Assembly (NCBI GenBank): GCA_016748015.1
Contig: JAAOMT010000304.1
Location: 1 to 64,000 of the forward strand
Direction of reading: 5' to 3'
Origin: Geosiphon pyriformis uo1
Lineage: Eukaryota; Fungi; Glomeromycota
Length of the DNA: 64,000 bases
Shown in pieces: positions 36,710 to 51,200 of the stretch (position 1 is the stretch's first letter; every line of letters starts with the position of its first letter). The notes beneath the pieces were generated by a model. It saw only the letters and a list, made by a program, of their open reading frames with translations. It searched no databases and had not been told where the DNA came from. The position numbers and the translations under genes were made by a program.

Positions 36710-38500
36710 GTGGCAACCACACCAGATACAACAACTCTAAAGTATTATCAATTAATTTACACTTACTGCAAACAAAGATTCAACATTCCAGACGGAATTA
36801 AAGTTGTCAAAAAATCATTATACCAATATATTGAAAACTGTATCAACAATTATCTTTTTAGAAACTACAATATTTCAGAAGTTAGAACCAATCTTTACAA
36901 TAATTTATTACATTATTCATTATTGAGAACTAAAAACCTTAACAGTGAAACACTTGCCACTTACTTTCAAAAACTTAACTTTAGCATTATTTAGTATTGT
37001 GAAGAAAAATATCCAGTACAATCTAAATACTCCCTTGACTTTGAATTAGAAACAGAAACAAGCAACAAAGGCAAACAAAAAGTGAAACAATACTCAAGAA
37101 CCACCCCAAACACTCCAACACTACCAAAAACAACTGCCAAACATTTGTAAACACCTGAACAAAAAACCAGTATCAAATTTCTATTTTTTATTACACCATT
37201 TTCTATTTTACTTGCTTAATTACAAACACCAAATTCACTACTTATCTGTTTCTCAAAATCAGAAGATTTTTAGTTACCTAAAAATTTTACTCAACAGCAG
37301 AAACCAATATTAACCAGTACTAATCTTCTTGATTATTTACAGAAAAATGAAAGTAATTATTCAGAAAACCTGAAAAGTGAAAAAACTAAATCAAAATCAG
37401 AAAAAACTACAAAAAACAAAGAAGAAATAGCAACTGCTTATATTGCAAAGATTCCCGAATTTATTGGTAAAGATAATAATACCAGCTCTTAAGAATGACT
37501 TGACAAAATTCAAAAAGCAGAAGATGCAAATGAATGGAATACAGCAAGAATGCTCAAAGCAATTTTATACTTTCTCTAAAGAACTACAGAAGAATGGTTT
37601 GAAAACTTAGAAGAATCATTTGAAAACTGGCAAGCATTCAAAAATGCTTTTTTACAACAATTTACTAACAACAACACCTTTATCACTCTTTACAATCACT
37701 TTCACAATATTAAACAAGAAACATCTAAAACTGTCATGATTTATTTGGGAGATTCAACAAACTTTTTTGACAAATTTGACAATTGAAAATCAATGAATAC
37801 TATTCCAATGTCCAGATTTTAGATCAGTTTATAACAGAATTAAAAGACAAATTAATCAAAAAAGTTTGTCCACATGTCCCAAAAGACTTAGCAACAGTCA
37901 TCTGACATGCAAAAAACTATGAAATGGCAATAGAAAAAGCAAATCATACCAAACTTGTGAATCTTGCTATTAGAGAAACCAGCTCAGCAGTTAAAAAAAA
38001 AATTGACCAACTTACAAAAAAAGTTGAAAACCAACCAATAACAACAACAACAACCACAAAGATATTAGCCACCACAATGATAAAACCAAAACAACTACTC
38101 ATTATTAATAAATAGCCAAAACCAAAGTTGTCATTATTGTGGGATTCCAGAACATTGGAAACGAAATTGCAGAAAGCTACAAAGAGACCAACAAAACAGA
38201 AGTAATCAACATTACTCTTCAACACAGCAATCTTATTATTAGTCTCCACTACCAGTCTACTATTCTTTAAGACCCCAACAGCAAACCAATTACTATCCAT
38301 CTGTTTTACAGCAACAATATTAACAATCTCTCTCAATTCAACAGTATCAACAACTACCTACACAACAATATCAAGTACTAGCCCGAAAATTGGTTCAACA
38401 TAACTAATTCATATCTCAAAATCAATTCCAGAATAATAACAATAGAATCAATTCAAACAACCAATTAGTTTCTCAAAATTCTGGTCAGCAAAGACCCAAT
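36710..38500 (+). pseudogene. gag: gag of A2
   Basis: Starts (M)ATTPDTTT; IAKIPEFIGKDN..E*LDKIQK, QILDQFITELK; CHYCGIPEHWKRNC zinc knuckle at ~38129-38170. Confidence 0.88.
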
Positions 38501-38719
38501 TACTACTATACTTAATTCAGTTATTTCACAATGCTTAAAGAATCGGATTTTCAACAAACTGTACTTTTTGAAAGTAAAGTTGCAGCACTAAGATTAAATC
38601 CTTTTAACAATACTATTCTACCAGCCCAAGTTGCTCAAAATACCAATCTCTCAGATATATTTTCATTTGAATTTGAAGCAAATGAATTATCCTTCTTGCT
38701 TAACAATACAGCAGTCAAT

Positions 38720-39110
38720 AAACAAAAAGCAATTACAGCAATATATACAGAAGCTGAAATTAAAAAAAAACTCATTCAGTTAATTCTAAACAGTAGATCA
38801 GCAGAAAGTATTATTACCTACCAATTAATGCAACAGCTTCAAAAAATTGTTGACAGACCAGCCCAAACTATAATTGTTACAGCTGATAACATAAAGAAAA
38901 CCCCAGTAGGAGAAATTGACAACTTCTCTTTTATAATTAATAGAATCACCATTCCAGTCAAAGTTTTAGTTATGAATACATCCCAATACTAAGCTCTTGT
39001 TAGAAATAATTAGCTTTTCAAGACCAATGCAAATTTAGATTGGGAAACCCAGAAATTAAAGATTTTATACCAAGAAAAATACACTAAAATACTTGCTACC
39101 TGTGGTATTT
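38720..39110 (+). pseudogene. Aspartic protease of A2
   Basis: QLILNSRSAESII (= LILDSGSAGSII after G>A), TPVGEID, ALVRNN*L. Confidence 0.85.
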
Positions 39111-39314
39111 TTAATAAAAAATCTGAAAAAGCCCTAGTATTCGAATTTGAAGAGAAGAAAAAACTACCAATCATTGAAACTTTTATGGCTCTTGAATCAC
39201 CATCAAATTGGGTTGAAGAAACAGAACAAAAAATTTTTGAAGAGACCAAAAGATAGAATGTAGTTAGATATTCCATATCAGAACCATAGAAACAACTATC
39301 TTACATCTCATTTA

Positions 39315-39915
39315 AATGTAAAAATTGCAAGAAAAAACTTTCATCCATGGAAGCATATATCTCTCCAAAAGAGAAATATAAAACTTATACCTGTTACTAT
39401 TGTAAAACATGTTATAGAAAACGATTTGAATACCTTAAACAAAGTGGAAAATGGGACAACACTCCTTGTCTCACATGTGGAGATATGCTATTAGAAGAAT
39501 ACAACTGGATTGATGTTGCAATAAGAGGAGGAGTATGTGATCAAACCTGCTAATATGTCTTATCAATCTTAGTAAAAATCAGAAGAGGAACACTATTTAA
39601 TGCAGCATACAACAGTGCTCTCAATAAATCTTACCACTACTTTCATGATGCTAAAATAATCTTTAACCTAGCAATGGCTTTAATCAATAGAGCCACACAA
39701 GAAAATGTCTGCCAAATAAAAAAAACGGAATATATTGAATACACTATAGAATTAGCAGAATTCAACTATGAAGATAAAATAAAAACATACCACCAAATTA
39801 CAAATCACACTTATTCAATCCAAGAAGCTCAAATTCAACAATTAAAGCAAATGAACATTCAATTGTGTGAAGAATACAGCATGTCTTGTGATAACAAATA
39901 GTGTTCAGAATGCTA
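39315..39915 (+). pseudogene. Cys-rich (multi-CxxC) domain of unknown function in A2 pol
   Basis: CKNC, CKTC, CLTC, CDQTC, CEEY(C), CSEC; homologues in B2, B3 and B4. Confidence 0.75.
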
Positions 39916-40034
39916 TATTCTTAGCATTCTCCTGCCCAGTAAAAATAACCAAAAAAAAATTGAATTTGAGAAACCTGAAACAAAAAAAGAAATCACAACA
40001 ACACCAATCTATCTTACTGAAAACCAGCCTGCTA

Positions 40035-40467
40035 TACAACTCAAATACTTTGATAACAATGAACAAAGAATAAAACCAGAAAAAGCCTATAAAATTGATG
40101 CAAAATATGACCTCAGATATCCTGGCAAAGACACTTTGGTTTTTTAACCAAAATTTTTAACCAAAATTAACCTCAAAATTGCTCTTAAAATACCATCAGA
40201 AGCAATGGTACAAATTGCTTTTTGATGATCATTGGCAAGCAAAGAAATTAATTTCAAAGAAGAAATTATAAATACAGAATATACTGGAGACATTACTATT
40301 ATATTACAAAATAAAACAAACAAATCAGTCAGAATTAAATATGCTAAAAAGATTGCCCAAGCAATTTACTTACTCTTAATCAATATTTCGGGTTTACAAT
40401 CAGTTAACAACAGAGAACAATTAGAAAAGAATAAAAGAGAAACTCAAAGTTTTGGTTTAATTAAATG
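40035..40467 (+). pseudogene. dut: dUTPase domain of A2
   Basis: IDAKYDLRYPG, QIAF**SLASK, IINTEYTGDITIILQN, KIAQAI, RETQSFG. Confidence 0.88.
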
Positions 40468-40899
40468 ATTTACAGTTCCAGTAAACATAACTCTTAATAC
40501 ACAGAATAAATCTTACCAGATTTTTCAACTTTTCTAACCAATTACTATTTCACTTTTTGGAGAACATTACAAAATTTACACTTGCTCAAAACTCATTACT
40601 ATCCAACAAATCTTTGAATTCAATGAACAAATTTGTTTAAAGCATAAAATCTCAATTCCAAATGTTTATATTTCCAAAAAAATGAAGAAATTTTGAGTTA
40701 TATTCTACAATCCCAATAATTATTCTATTGTTTTATTGAATAAATTAGAGATTAAAATTATATACAGCAATATCTTTCAAGATAAAAACCCTCAAATTGT
40801 CTCTAATTTCATCGAAATTATAAGACATATTCTATTTCTAAATCCAAACATCATTTTTACTACTAAAAACTATCTTTTTTTGGAAAAAAAACTCTTTCA

Positions 40900-42312
40900 A
40901 ATTAACATAAGTCTCTTAGAATCCCAACAACAAAGACAATTGAAACAGCTAATAGCTGAATTTGCATATATATTTGCAAAAGACAACAATAACCTTAGAA
41001 AAACTAATATTGTTCAACACCAAATCCATACAAGAGATGCTTCACCAAAACAACAACAAGTCTATTGAATTCTATCTACTAGCCACCAATTTATCAGAGA
41101 AGATGTCCAAAAAATGTTCAATAATAAATTGATTCAACTATCAAGAAGTTTATGAGCCTTACTAGTAGTTTTGGTTAAAACAAAAAATGGAAAATCAGAT
41201 TTTGTGTTAATTATCACCAATTGAATAGTGTAACAATTGGAGATGTTTACCTTCTTTTAAGAATTGATGACATGCTAGATGCATTGGAAAAGCCAAGTTT
41301 TTCTTAACTTTAGACTTGGAAAGTGAATACTGACAAGTCAAAATAGACCCAAAAGACCGAACCAAAACAGCATTTACCACCCAGGAAGAAAATTATGAGT
41401 TCAATATTATGCCTTTTGGACTCTGTAATGTACCAATAACATTCCAGTAACTTATAGATGTTGTATATAAAAAACTTTTATGGCAATCAGTAGTTGTCTA
41501 TTTTGATAACACTGATGTGTACTCACCAAGTTTTGAAGTTCATCTTATTTACCTGTGAAAAAATTTTCAATGATTATGGAAAACAGAATTGAAATTGAAC
41601 ATTGAAAAGTGTTACTTTGAAAAAACAAGTTTAATCTTTCTTGAACACATTGTTAGCAAAGATGAAGTCAAACCAAACTCTGGAACAATCAGTACTGTCA
41701 AAAACTTTCAAACTTCCAAAAATACCACAGAACTATGAAGATTTGTAAAATTAGCCTCTTACTATCAGAAATTCATCAAAGAATTTTCAGAGATTGCCAA
41801 ACCACTCAATTATCTTACCAACAAAAATATTCTATACTAATGAACTGAAGAACAACAGAAAGTCTTTGAAACTTTTAAGACAAAATTGACAACATCATCA
41901 GTTCTTATTTACCCAAACTTCAACAAACAGTTCTAATTAGCCACTAATGTTTCACACATAGCATGTTAGTGCTATCTTATTACAATTCAATAAAAATAGC
42001 CAAGAACAAGTTATTGTCTATGCCAGTAGAATACTTAAACCAATAGAACTCAAATATGGCTCAACTGAATTAGAAGCTGCTGCAGTCATTTGGGCTTTTA
42101 AACACTTTCAACAATACCTGAAAAATAGAAAAAAAATTGACATTATAATTAACAATATTGGTCTCAAATAGCTCAATAAAAAAAAAACTGAACAAAGTGC
42201 TAAACAGTCTTGATAAAATGATTTTTTAGCAGACTACAAATATATTGTACAGCACAAACCAGAAAAACTACGCACCAATGTTGACAGCCTCTTAAGAATA
42301 AGACAAGATTAA
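40900..42312 (+). pseudogene. pol: RT-RNase H of A2
   Basis: LTLDLESEY*Q, MPFGLCN, VYFDN, YASR, NVDSLLRIRQD*. Confidence 0.92.
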
Positions 42313-42369
42313 CACCAACAACAATTCCACCACAACTTACCAACCTACCAAAAAAATAACAAAATAACA

Positions 42370-43755
42370 ATAGATTTCAGAAATTACAACAATCTTAAAA
42401 ACTATTTGGAGACTTTTATTATACCAGAAAATTGGTTTCCAAGTAAAAAATATTGATTACAACACCAATCAAAACAATATTTCATACATCACAACAAAAT
42501 CTATTATAAAAATCACAGAAACCCAAACCAACTACTCAGATTAGTACAAGAAAATGAAAAAGAAACAATTCTATATAACATGTACACAGATCTTTCTTTA
42601 GCATACTTGGAAAGAAATAAAACAATTCAAAAAACTCTTGAACATTATTTTTGGCCTTATATGCAAAAAAACATTTGACAATATGTAGAATTTTGTGATA
42701 GTTGTCAAAGAAAAGAAGGAACTCGTCTCACAGAATTTTTAAATTCAATCAAAGTTGGACAACCTTTTAACAGAGTTGGAATTGATTTAGTCAGACTATT
42801 ACTTATCACAATCCAAAAAAATTGTTATATTGTAATTGCAGTAAATTATTTTACCAAATGGCTTGAAGCTAAAGCCATCCAAAGAGCAGATGCAAAATCA
42901 GTAGCAAATTTTATCTATAAAGACATTATTTGTAGATATAGATGCCTAATTAAACTCTTATCTGATCAAGAAACACATTTTGTAAATAACTTAATACAAA
43001 AAATTTGTGAATGATTTAATGTCAAAAGATCTCTATTATTATCTTATTATCCTCAAACAAATAGACTTATAGAATTTTTCAACAGAATATTATGTAAATC
43101 TTTAACCAAAGACTTAACAGATTTTGAGCAGAAATAGGATATCTTTATTTCATTAGTGTTACTAGCATACAGAATACTAAAACAAGATACTATGAAACAC
43201 ACACTATTTGATCTTACTTATGAAAGGACAGCAACATTACCAATTAATTTTACAGTGAAAACATACTTAGTGCAACCAATCAATGAAAAAAACTTCTAAG
43301 AAACACTCCAAAAAAAAGCCTACACTCTTCTTAATACACTAGAAAAAAAAAGACAAATAGCAGCCACTCATATTGAACACTTTCAAGCTCAACAAAAAAA
43401 AAGACATGATAACAAATTGTCACCAATTACCAACAAATTTAAAGTTAAACATAAAATTCTCTTACACAAAACTAAGACTAAAAAACAATGGAGTAGAAAA
43501 TTTGAACATAAATAGAATGGACCATTTTATATTCACGAAATTCTAGACAATGGATTATACAAGTTAAGACTTGATAACAAAATACTAGCAAAAGTTGCAC
43601 ATGGAAATTGATTGAAACATTATCATTTCAAAAACAATCCTGAATCATTAATTCTACAAATTGGTACACATTCTTCTTTAATTAATCCTGAAGATATTCT
43701 CCAAAATTTAGAACCAATAGTTATAATAAAACAACAACCAAACTTGAATACTTAA
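42370..43755 (+). pseudogene. Integrase of A2
   Basis: YFWP, CDSC, GIDLVR, LSDQETHF, NGPFYI, LEPIVII. Confidence 0.92.
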
Positions 43756-43920
43756 TTTAACATTTTTTTATAATAAACCCTTTAAATACACAAAATATAA
43801 AACAAAAATAGTAAATAATTACAAGAAATATTTAAACCCAAAAACAAATAAAAACCCAATATCCAAAAATAATTTTCTTTAGTCTTTTTCAAATTTTGTT
43901 TATTAATTAGTTATTTTATC

Positions 43921-44605
43921 ATGATTATTTCTTGAAATATTCAACAACAAAAATTAATATTAGTCTTGAAAACACTTCCTAACTTATTCATAATGATTAA
44001 TGGAAGTCAAATTAATTACATTCAAAAAAAACCACAGCTTTAATAGTAAATAATTTTCAGAATTATCACTCCTATAGAAAAAAAACAAGAGGTTACTTTG
44101 GAATTCAATTACCAAAACTTTTGAAGCAAACACTAAAAGAAAACTTTTTATTTGCCCTTATTAACATTTCACCAAATATCACAATTCAACAAAAACTTCA
44201 ACTATTTTTTAATGAACAAAACAATGAATATACCCTTATCTATAAATATTTTCATATTAGAAAAACACTTTATGAATGAAAACTGGAACTTAAAACAACA
44301 AACATTACTCCTAAAGCTATACAAAAACAAATACATAATTAATTCAAGACAGCAGCTGGACTAACAAACACTTACTATAAACTTAGAACAGTATTTAAAT
44401 TCTATGATTTATTTAACACTTGTAAAAACATCCTACAAAATCCAATACTTCATCCAATGAAGATTTAATATATTGAAAAGCTCACAAAACTGAAATTTCA
44501 ACAATTTTCAGACCAAATCACTTTAATTATTTTGGATTACTATCTTGACATCACAGATAGTGCTTGGACTTCAATAGAGCTTAGTCTTAAAGAGAAGATT
44601 ATGTT
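43921..44605 (+). pseudogene. ORF3 of A2
   Basis: ATG at 43921; colinear with 3319-4010. Confidence 0.75.
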
Positions 44606-45572
44606 ATTAGTAGAATTTTAGCTATTAATTAGCATGAAATTACTTTTATAATTCCTATTATTAATTAGTATATAATATTATTATTTCAATTATTACTTAT
44701 TATTTAATCAAATTATCAAATATTATTACTCAATCAATAATCTAATTTGTACCATAAAAATTAAGATGATTAAATTACACAATATTCTGAACCATTTAAT
44801 ATAGTCTAAATTTACCGAAATTAATGAAAATTGGCCAAAATAATTAATAGTTCAGTAAAATAACTTGTAGTTTGCTGAAATATATCTTTAGTTCACCAAA
44901 ATTGTAGCAAAGAGAAAAGTGCAAGTTTAAAGACTAGTATTACAACAAGTTGTATAAAAAAAAAGCTTTTTTCTTTAAGAAAATATATCTTTTTATAGTA
45001 TTTTATCATAGTAACTTACTTAAAATATCTTAATTAGAACAAATCATCTTTTACATATTTTAAATAAAAATTAAATATTTGAAAACCAAATCCTGTAAAT
45101 TATTACACTTGAAATTCCCTTAACAACTAACATTTTGAAATTAATTAACTACCAATTTTAATAATCTGTTAGTGACTCCAGGCCTGGATAGAAAACATTT
45201 CTTTTAACAATTCTATTTTTTTTACATTTTTTTTATTATTTTTTTTTTCTTTCCTTATAATCATTAGGGTAGCTTACAGATAAGATTTCTGTAGAATAGT
45301 TGACTTTTATAGCAAAATAACTACATATTTTTTAGTGAGCTTCCAAACAAGCAATTTTTGGGAAAAAGTTAATGTTTACTACAATATAACTACATAAAAT
45401 AACTGATATAAAATTGGCTATTCTACTTATAAGCCCAACAGTTCAAATTATAGGAGATAATTTGAAGATAAATTCAGTTATTGGAGGTTTAACTGCTTCC
45501 AGAAAACGTAAAATTAGCAACAGACAAACATTAACAACATTTAAAAAAAAAGACCAAAAATTTCTAATAATA

Positions 45573-45801
45573 TCAGCCACTATGTTGAAAAAAAATTTGA
45601 CAGAATTGTGATTTTGGGAAGCTAAAGAAAAAACAACACTTGAATCTCTGTCTATTATACAAAAAATTCAACCAAAACTTTCAGACAACTCAAAACCTTC
45701 AGATTACTATAATCTTCAGATATCACCATAAAAAACAGTTATTGAACATCAAGTTACAAGTTTGTTATTTGATTTGAAATCCCAAATAATCACCTATAAT
45801 A
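45573..45801 (+). repeat. Remainder of the B4 3' LTR
   Basis: Continues the family B LTR from the TSD to ...cccaaataatcacctataata. Confidence 0.9.
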
Positions 45802-48277
45802 CTGTGTTATCACAATTGTAGCAAACATGTGTTTCTTGTTATCATGATTGATTAGTGATAAATAGACATGCCTGATTTTGAGAACAATTTGAGCTTCATT
45901 AATTACTGTGTCATTAAAAAGATTGATAAATTGTCTAATTGTTAGCTAAGTATTTCTTAAGTTTTTGGTTAATTGAATCACTGAATTGTTTTAATTTGAA
46001 ATTCAAGTCAGATAATCTGTTTATTACTAAATTTATGGCTTGGACATGGTTGGCTTTGAGTTCAGCAGATTCAAAATCTCTGGTGTATGTAACTGTGGCT
46101 TGAAGTGTGGCCAGATGTAATGGATATACGTATTGCAGGATGCTGCTGTATAATCCACAAATGAACTGTTTCAAAATTTGGGCTACTGTAAAGTAATTAG
46201 TATCAATGACTTGAATTTGGTGCAGATTTTTGTAGAAGTGTTCTAAGTAAGTAGTGATAGCTTCAGTATCTCTTTGTTTAATGTTAGTGAAGGCAGTGGC
46301 TAGACAATTGATGCTGTTATTATTGCTAAAATATCTTAAAAATTCTAGTTTAAACACATTAAATGTTTGGAGTTTTTGGGCCAAGCTTTAATATTATGAG
46401 TTTATAGTATCTTGTAAAAAATATGTGATTACCTAAAGGGCTCTGGTGTTATTTTAATTATTAGCTGTGATTGCTTTGGCAATGTGATTTATTCAAGCTT
46501 GGACATTATTTTCTTCACTGGTAAATTTTTCAAGTTTTATGATTGAGGCAAATGCTATTGGAGCAATTCTATAATTGTAATTGTAGCTGTAGCTGAAGTT
46601 GTATAATAATTGGTACAATTGGTAGTAGATTAAATATAATTTCTAGAGATAAGTTTGGTTAATTAATAAGATTTGGATTGTTTTAATTTTGCTGAGTTTA
46701 AACAATCAGAGTTTGAATTTCCGGGTTTTTTAAAATCAGGTTTTGATAGTTGAATTTTTGATCTTTGTTTTCTTTTTCTTCTGATTTCATTATTTTTTAA
46801 GAACTCACAGTTCCGAAATTTGGCTGAGATAGTAATGATTAAAATCCTGATGGTGTTGGGAATCATGAATTAAATCCTTCAAAATAATTACTGTAGGTTC
46901 CCAATAACTCTGCTTTTTTTTATTTACTTTAAAACAGAAGTTGGGCTAATACTGTTTTTGTATTTAATGTGAATACACCTGTTGATAAAATGTTGATGAC
47001 ATTTCTGAGTGTATAGTAGTATAATAAATTAGTTGGTAATTTAACTCTTGTTTTCTTCCAAGTTGGTGGTTGTATTCTCTAAAGTATTACTGCTGGTGTT
47101 TGTAGTTTTCTCTTGTTCTTGCTTGCATAAGTAATTAGATATATTTGTTGAGTGTAATTTTCAATTTCTTGATTGATTTTAGTAATGATGGATGCGAAAT
47201 TATGATTTACTAATAGGCTGGTATTTTGAATTAATTTATTGTAAAAAATTTTTTTGCTGATTTAATATCTACTAATGCTTTTAAGAAATAAAAAATTTCT
47301 TGTTAATGTAGAAATTAAAGACTGATTCTGTTAATAAGTGATTGCTGATTAATTCCAAGTATTGACAGTAATGTTAAAATATAGATTTAGCAAATTTTAA
47401 ATGGTTTTTTCTTATTTTTTCTAATTCTGCCACTTTTAAATAGTTGTTGTGGGTGTTGGTTCTCTCTAAGATTATACCTTACAGAGAGCACCAAATATTA
47501 CAAATAATTATTTGGAATCTCAAATCAAATAACAAACCCATAACTTGGTACTTAATAGCTAGTATAAATGTTAATATCTAAAGATTTTAATGGATCTAAA
47601 GGTTTTCATAATTTGAAGATTTAGGTTGAGTTCTTTGTATAATAGACAGAGATTCAATAGTTGTTTTTAGTAGTCTTTTGGAATCACAATTTCATCAATT
47701 TTTTTCTCAGCTTGGTGGCTAGCAATCTTCTAATAAGTAATTCTTAATTTTAAGTGTCTATTCTCTCACAAAAGCCTTTTACCAGGCAATCTTTGATATT
47801 AATAACTTAACACTTAATTCTTAATCAATTAGTATACAACAATAAATGAAAAAAACAAAAGAAAAAAAAAATAAAGAAGAAATTTAAGCCAAGACAATTT
47901 ATGTTAGTATCTTGTCAATACTTGTAATCAAAAGCTATTGTTCCAGTATAATCAAGTATTGAATATTATTAACATAAAGTGTTGATAATAAGAAGAATGA
48001 TTTAGATGTGAATAATTATTTTATTAATATTGATAATTTTAACTAAAATGTTTTAATAAGATGATTTTAGTATCAATTCTATCTTTTCTGTTTCTAATAC
48101 TCTTGCTATATATACATAATTTGAGTTTTATAAGATTGTTCACATTTCTAAGTGATGTGCTATAATTTCTTAAGCAATGCTGATATTGCTAAGCAATGTG
48201 TTCATGTGTTAGCTACTATTTTTCTATTGATTTATCTGTTTTTTCTATTATTTTTTTGTATTTTTTTATAAGTAAAA
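45802..48277 (-). mobile_element. Gypsy B5: 5' LTR (47496-48277), PBS and gag; interrupted by B4
   Basis: ORF 45935-46384 (gag), PBS tggtgctctctgtaagg, B2-type LTR. Confidence 0.9.
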
Positions 48278-51200
48278 ATGCCCTCTTTTTTGTTTAGAAG
48301 TCTGTTACTAAATACAACACCAAATTGCTTCAAAAACAGAACAAAATTATAGTACAAGGGCTGATCTAAAATGCTAGACATTGGAAATCTACCAGTTTCA
48401 TAAAAAGCACTAAGCAAATTGTTTATCAAAAATCACTTATTATCTAAAAAAATTTTCATCACACCAGCCAAAAAATTATTTATTGAACTAACATGCAATT
48501 TGACAGAAAACTGCAAAGAATTCAAAGAAAACTATCTCAAAATCTGCAAATCCAAAAACTTATATTTAAACAGATGCTTAAGAATATCACAGGCATTGGA
48601 AAAAAAACCAGTAAAGCCAACTTTTTTTCAGACTGCATTTGCTCAAAAAATTTCAAATTATACAAAGATGGATAATGCAAAACCTCATTAGAAAAGTTTT
48701 GTGACAAGTCAGCTTTAGTCTTGAGATTCTTTTTAATCATAACATCTTACTTGTAACACACACTCAAAAAAACAAAGCTAAACTGCATTTGATAGTTAAT
48801 TATGAACTGCAGAATAGTTAAAACTAAATAAGAAAATTGTTTATCTATAATAGTCTTTCTCAACACCACATTAGAAAAGTATCTAATATCTACATAAGTC
48901 TGAGCCAAACTAGGTTTGAAAAGATCCTTAGTAGACAAAAAAATTCTCAAGTATCTGTGTAACTCGTCTTTTTTAGCAATTAAAATCAGCAAACTATTAA
49001 TCAAAAGTGAAACAGACTTAACATTTTAATTGATAGAAATAACTACTGTTTTATTATTATTAATTAAAATATTATTAACAATAAAAAACTTACTGGCAAT
49101 ATTTAAAATGTACTGTGTAGATGTCTGACAACTCTTAATCTAATTCATATTATTAACAAAAGTATTAGCAACCAAAAAGGAAGTTTTTTTCTTAACAGCT
49201 TCAACTTTGCCAGTTTTTGCCATAAATCTAGTATTAATTTGGTATTTGCACAAGTGTTTATGTTTTTTTACCTTATACAAAAGTGAATTATAGAAAATTC
49301 TCTATAAGAATAGAGAAAAAATCTTATCTTAATTCAAACCATTATGTATCTTATTGTCATTAGAGAGTCCAAAATCTGTTATTACTTTGTTGATCTGATT
49401 CTTATAAATGTGGCCAAAAAACTTGATAAACTGATTACACATTTTAATGTGATGCAAGCTAGCCTTCAAATAATACCAGCTCACTGAATTATAAGCTTTG
49501 CACATATTCTGCAACACCAACCAAAACTCTCTATTCTTTTTTAAAGCATTCTCAATAACTGACCCAATGGCAAAAATAGAAAACTAAGTCAAAATACTTT
49601 TCAACACTAAAAAATTATTACCATAAAAATGTCATATTTGCTGCAAACTAATAAAATTCAATTAGAAAAGATCTTAAACAGAATCTTCTGGACTGTTTTA
49701 ATTAATGTAATAGGTTTAATATTCATTAAAACTCCATTCCATTCATAAAGTTTTGGGATCATCAAAATTCACACTCTCTTTCAAGAAAATAGAACCATAC
49801 CCAAAATCAAACATAAATTTAAAAGTTCCAAAAAGCAAACCAACATCTCTTTACCACAATGTTTTTATAGTTTATTAAGAATTTTCGACAATTTAGCAGT
49901 CTTATTATTCAGCAAATTATTGACAACCAAAGACAATTCCTCTATATCAATTCTTTTCATTACATTAGAGAAAGCATTATTATTAACATAATCTAAAAGC
50001 ATATATTGACAAGACTAAAGGTCAGATATCTTTAAAAGCACTGACTACTTTTTTGTTCATTCTTTTATGATTTTATTAATCTTAAATTTCATCTTATTAG
50101 GTTTAACTACCAATGTATTCTCCATCACTAAATAATCCAAAACAACTTTGTAAAAAAGACATTTCAAAATGCTCTTTATTATTCACTCTTTGTAAAAACA
50201 AAAATTTTCTATGTGATGGTCAATTGTCTTTCTGATAGCAACATTTTCAGTAGTTTTTGACTTATAATACTTAGACTTTTGATACTTTTTTTCACCACTA
50301 ACAGATGCTTAACTAAATTTACTTAACTTACACCATTCAAAACCATGCTAGCAATCTTGGATGTCTCTGTTTTATTAACAGCCAACCAAATCTTAACAAG
50401 ACAATCAAAATCCAAAAGATTCTTGGAATTCTAACTTTTTATAATTTTTGCAACAAGCAGCTCCAATTTAAAAAATCTTGAAGAATGTTTGTTCTTTAAA
50501 CAATCATATTTATTATATCAATGTTTAAAAAACACCCTTTCAGCAGCTTATACTATGGCTTTTTTAAGCATTTTTCATATTGTATCCAAGTTGTATTTGG
50601 TTCTCACACTCTCAAACATGTCTGATCTTACCAATAATTCTGTTGAAGAACATTTCTTAAAATATAATCACTGGATTTCATCCATATTTCCCAACTTGAA
50701 TTTCTACTGGTCTTGGTTAGTCTGCTTATGGCTAATATGATAAGTATTCAAAAGTTTACTCAAACCAATTAAAATCAAAACTGCTTTATGATCCATATCA
50801 AAAAATTCCAAGATACTATCAACTTTATGCAATGCTATTACAGATGCCAGATTTCTATTTACAAAGATAAAATCCAACACTTTATTAACTATTTTTAAAT
50901 TGCTCCAGGTAAAAGTTCTGGCCAATAAATATCTATTAAAAGTATTAACCAGACTTAGATCCAGACAGAATTTGAAACTTGCACTTTTTTTGAAACTATT
51001 ATTATTAAAGTCACTACTCAAAACTGTAAAAAACTAGAATTGACTGTTTTAGCTATCATAGAGTTAATATTAGAAGCTTGACTAAACTGCACACCAACAG
51101 AGACACCAGCATACAAATTCAAAATCATAACCAAAAGTTTGTTTTTAAACAAAAAATACACAGAAATTAATCAACCAAAAATCTTATCTATTTTTAAAAC

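Larger units (their letters stand above)
35693..45572 (+). mobile_element. Full-length Gypsy A2 (~9.9 kb) inserted in the B4 LTR
   Basis: LTRs 35693-36664 and 44602-45572; TSD ccag/tcag; PBS tggtgttcttctac; all domains present. Confidence 0.96.
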
